Positions 59,814-64,000 of a stretch of DNA of 64,000 bases are shown one piece after another. The DNA lies in the NCBI GenBank assembly GCA_051362555.1, contig CM120640.1, positions 45,858,788 through 45,922,787 of the forward strand, read 5' to 3'. This DNA comes from Lingula anatina (Eukaryota > Animalia > Brachiopoda). Each line of letters starts with the position of its first letter. Within the stretch, counting starts at the first letter, position 1. The notes under the pieces were generated by a model. It was given only the letters and a program-made list of their open reading frames with translations, was not told the DNA's origin and searched no databases. Made by a program: the position numbers and the translations under genes.

Positions 59814-62800
59814 CTTGGGCTTGAAGACCCATGCTAGTCACATTTTCTGAAAATCCACGATACGTATATTTTATTATTAAAAACTGATGTTCTTTATGCT
59901 GTTAAGCATTATGAAATATTGCATCAAAATAGAAGAAAACACAATATTGGGTATTGCTGCCATGATGACCATCATGGGAAAACCATATTACTTATGATTG
60001 TCAAACTTTTAAAAAAGAAACACAGGACTAAAATGCAGCTCGAGTTGGAAAAGCAGTCTAATTGACTTTTTTTTTTGGAAGTTTTACATTTTCAAAGTGT
60101 GAACTTGAACTCCCATGGGCCTGAAGCCTTATGCTTGTTACACATTTTACTTACATTGGTATTACCTGTTGAGCATAATTAAAATTTGATGTTGAATTTT
60201 CAGTTTAACATAATGTACTTTTACATCAGAATTGACAGTAGCCTATTTTGTTATTTCCTGCTTTTTGTCTGTACATTTGACAGCTTTGCTGCCTTGTTTT
60301 TTTTTTTTTTTTTTTTTTTTTTTTCAATTTTTTCAGCACTTTTATAACACCGATAACATGATAAGTGTAAAAATGTTTTTCCTTTCCTTGGATTGAAATT
60401 TACAGAACTGGTGAATATTTATTATATGCAGGTCAAGTTTGAAAATTGGCATGATTGGACTATTTTTACAAAAGTAATGCTGTTTTTTTCCCTTTATTCA
60501 GCATACATGCAACACTGATAACGCATTTTAAGGAAAACCAATCAGCCTTTTGTCTTGCAACTCACAGGAGTGATCAATCTGACCAGTATACAGATCAAGT
60601 TTGGAAATAAGCTTGATCAGTTAAGTTTTGATGAAGTTATTAGCCTTTTTGTATATAAGTGGTTTTTCTTCAGATTTAATTCTTAAGCATGTTAACAGTC
60701 TCATAACGGTACTAATTGGATATGTTAAAGTGTTGTTTTAACATTTTCTGCTTCTTAACAATATTGTTAGTTGATTATATAAAAATGACGGTAAACCTAT
60801 TATCCTGCATTGTGTAATAAAGTATCAAAAATGGAAAGGAACTCATCATTGCAGTTCGTCAGATTCAATCATTCACTATGTTCAGAATCTCCAAATGGAG
60901 CTAATTGGACATTATAAATTGTTCTATTGATATTTTTCCTATGTCAACAATTTTCCTAGTTGATCATTTAAAAATGACAGTTAATTGATGATGGTTTTAT
61001 GTAAAAAAGGTGTTGAAAATGGAAAGAAAATCATTTCAGTACAGTTATCTCTTGTTAACATTTTGGCATTTTGAAAGTGTGACCCTAACTTCCATGTCCT
61101 TGGAGACCTTTCCATATCACATTTTCTGAATATCCATGATACTTTTATTTTTTTATAAAAAATTTGATGGTCATTATGCTGTTAAGTATTATGTTATATT
61201 GCATGAAAGTTAAAGAAAACCCTATTTTGGACACTGCTGCCAGGATAGCGATTAAGGGAAAACCATGTTACTTATGATAATCAACCTTACTGAAAAGAGT
61301 GAAGTGCAGCTTGTGTTGGAAAACCATCGTAATTGTTTTCTGTTTTGAAAGCAATGCAGTACAGTGCTATTTGGTGCAATAAATGTATATGGATAGTAGG
61401 CAGTTAATTCAGGGTTATAAAATAATTTGCTTAATTGATTTTCAAGTTATTTCAGGGTTATAAAATAATTTGCTTAATTAATTTTCAAGTGGGTATTAAA
61501 TGAGATTACATAAACACACATTGAGATTTCATTGTAAAGTCCCATCGGTTTAGCTTTCTTAACTGTGTCACATAATTAGGAATCGATGATTATTATGCAG
61601 GTAAATGTTATTTAATATGGAAAATAAGTTTACAAAAAAAAATTTGTGTAACGCTTACATTAATGCTAAAGATGAATAACAGTGCCTTATTATTCTCAAA
61701 CTCAATAGGGTTATTCATATCATGTTAGTAATTGTACAGCTAGATTAAAAGTTTGAATAGCAGCTTTATTGGTATTTTTTGTTATGTTTTATTTTACATT
61801 TTCTTTTAATTTTTTTATGCTGTTTTTTCACTTTTTTCAACATATATGCAACATTAATAACACAATATAAGAAAAACAGCTTAGCCAATTGTCATTATAC
61901 TCACAGGAGTGGTCAATCTTACAAAAATGCAGGTTGAGTTCGAAAATCAGTGTTATCGGGCCATTATTTTAGAAGTTGTACTGTTTTTTCAAATTTCCTC
62001 AGATTCAATTCTTAGGCATGTTAACAGTCTCATTATTGAACTAATAAGATACGTAAAAGTGTGTGTTTGATATTTCCTGCATCTTTACAACATTGTTAGT
62101 TGATTATGTAAAAATGATGGTAAACTTGTTATCATGTATTGTGTAATCAAGTGTCCAAAATGGAAATAAACTCATATCATTGCAGTTTGTCAGATTCAAT
62201 CATCCACATCTGCCATGATGACCATGATGGGAAAACCGTGTTCGTTATGATTGTCAAACTTTCAAAAAAGAAACACAGGACTAAAATGCAGCCCAAGTTG
62301 GAAAAGCAGTCTAATGGGCTTCTTTTTCTGGAAGTTATTCATTTTAGTGAAATATTCATTATCTTTTTGGCATATTCATTGTGGGACTTGGAGCTCCCAT
62401 GGACATGAAGCCGGATGGTAATCAAATTTTCTACATGTTCATGCTATTTATAGTCAATAATCAAAAATTGGTGATAATTATTCTATAATTTATTATGTAA
62501 TGTTACATCAAAATTGACAATAATCTTTTTTGCACTGCTACTGCAAACATTATGAAAAGAAAACTGTGTTATTTATTATTATATTTAACTTAAGAGTATG
62601 ATTTTTAGGATTGGCATGCAGTTCAAATTAGAAAGCCAGGTCAGTTGGGTTATCATTTATTATTGAATTTAATGCAATTTTGTGTGAAATTTCATTTTTC
62701 TTATTTTGGCACTTTCTAAGTATAAACTTGAACTCTGATGGGCCTGAAGCCTTATGCTTTTACTCTCATCGGTGTTACCTGTTGTGCAAAATTAAAATTT

Positions 62801-63148
62801 GATGTTGACTGTGCAGTTAAACATAATGTATTATTGCATCAGAAGTGGTAGTCTCCTATTTTGTGCATTATTGTTTTGTGCTCTTCTTAAGTTGTGACTT
62901 ATGGGCCTGAAAGACCTTTGAGAGGGTCAGTCTATAAATTTCCCTTGGGTATCACTTCGCTAATTTCAGTTATAAAGTAATTTGCCTAATTGATAGGCTA
63001 CATAAAGCACACTTGTGATTTGAGATTACATAAAGCACACTTGTTGATATTTCCCTGTAAACTCCCATAGGTTAAGCTCTCTGCTAGATTAATAATAAGG
63101 AAGCAGTGATAATTATGCAGGTAAATTTTGTTTAATATTGCAAATAAG

Positions 63149-63149
<1 letters not shown>

Positions 63150-63210
<61 letters not shown>
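63150..63210. repeat. (TA)n microsatellite in HINE copy 1
   Basis: Perfect run, shorter than the paralogous run at 55759. Confidence 0.95.
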
Positions 63211-63212
<2 letters not shown>

Positions 63213-63257
63213 AACTGAAAGATTAAAAGTTTGAATAGCAGCTTCATTGGAATTATA

Positions 63258-63443
63258 TTTACCTCTGCCAAGGAGGTTATATTTTCACCCCTGTTTGTCA
63301 TCAACATAACTCAAAAAGTTATGGACCGATTTTGCTGAAATTTTCAGGAACTGTCAGAAGTGGGCCAAAGAGGACAAAAATCAATAATAATCAACAATTG
63401 CTACCTTGGCAGAGGTCTGCACTCTCGGAGTGCTTTTCTAGTT
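63258..63443 (+). mobile_element. Mini HINE/DINE-like element nested in copy 1 (same as 55885-56070)
   Basis: Same subTIRs (63261, 63404), hairpin and CTAG 63438-63441. Confidence 0.85.
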
Positions 63444-64000
63444 TTGTTGTTTTCCTTTATAATTTTTTCTCAAACACTTGCATTTGTGACTTTAAACTCT
63501 CATCCGCCTGAGACTCTGACATTTCTGTTTTTCCACATAAGCAGTTGTATTGTTTTTTATGTCTTTAAACATTATGTTACTTATGTAATATTATTTTATG
63601 CACTGTCATCATTTTTCAAATATTAAGACTTACATCATGTGAATTTGAACTCTCATGGTCCTGAAACTAATCTTATTGAAAGGGTAGATTGAGACCATCT
63701 TCTGGGACTTCCGGAAGACAGTCAGGTTATTAAGTTTATATTGCCTGGTATCTATTTTTTCTTCTGTTGGAAGACCATCAAAATGGAGGATGGATCAAAA
63801 TAGATACTTTGGAATACTGTCAGAAAATATCTCTGGGTCCGCTCATGTTATTGACCATTTTACCTGTTGTGCATGATTAAAATTCAGTGTTGACTGACAG
63901 TGCTATTATAAGCATTATTTATTATTGCATCAAAATTGACAAAATGACCTATTTTGCATCTTTATTTTCTGTTTTTTGTCTGTACATTTGACAGCTTTGC

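Larger units (their letters stand above)
56957..60298 (+). mobile_element. HINE copy 3 (diverged subfamily), nested in copy 1 and carrying a LINE fragment
   Basis: Same head palindrome at 56962 and same tail at 60266-60298; internal repeats of about 160 bp diverged from copies 1 and 2. Confidence 0.8.
51170..64000 (+). mobile_element. HINE copy 1 (161-bp satellite family), interrupted by two nested family members
   Basis: Head palindrome ATGTACAGACACA-ga-TGTGTCTGTACAT 51175-51202 plus (GTC/GCC)n tract; own sequence resumes at about 56637 and 60299; 3' subTIR TGTCTGTACAT 63977-63987 and start of the terminal hairpin at the window edge. Confidence 0.75.

Noticed and set aside
52920-64000. Simple 7.4-kb tandem segmental duplication or assembly error
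   Set aside because: Discrete head and tail boundaries explain it as nested insertion; the copies differ by scattered substitutions and microsatellite length.

Overview
AT-rich animal genomic DNA with spliceosomal introns, probably from an invertebrate; mollusc/lophotrochozoan is my inference from repeat families and protein style. Bases 1-34,000 contain no recognisable coding gene. They are comparatively CpG-rich and carry clusters of homeodomain/TALE/Sox/E-box motifs plus a few weak exon candidates. Two genes sit head-to-head around 42.6-43.4 kb. On the minus strand is a complete SLC22/organic-cation-transporter-like MFS gene with 10 coding exons (543 aa, 42534->36694). On the plus strand are the first 8 exons of translation elongation factor 2 (EEF2; ATG 43361, TCT/5'TOP promoter), whose 3' half lies beyond the window. 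The introns hold many non-autonomous elements: a 311-bp fold-back element whose arms differ only by transitions, a TTAA-flanked Kolobok-like MITE, and a Helentron-associated (HINE/DINE-like) element with a 146-bp satellite that ends 16 nt from an EEF2 splice acceptor. EEF2 intron 8 (>14.4 kb) contains a Russian-doll nest in which a ~4.7-kb HINE with a 161-bp satellite appears to have inserted into the T-tracts of its own repeats. That nest also carries a mini-HINE, a deleted hAT element and a 5'-truncated Rex1/Babar-like LINE. All calls were made by eye; no database searches were run.
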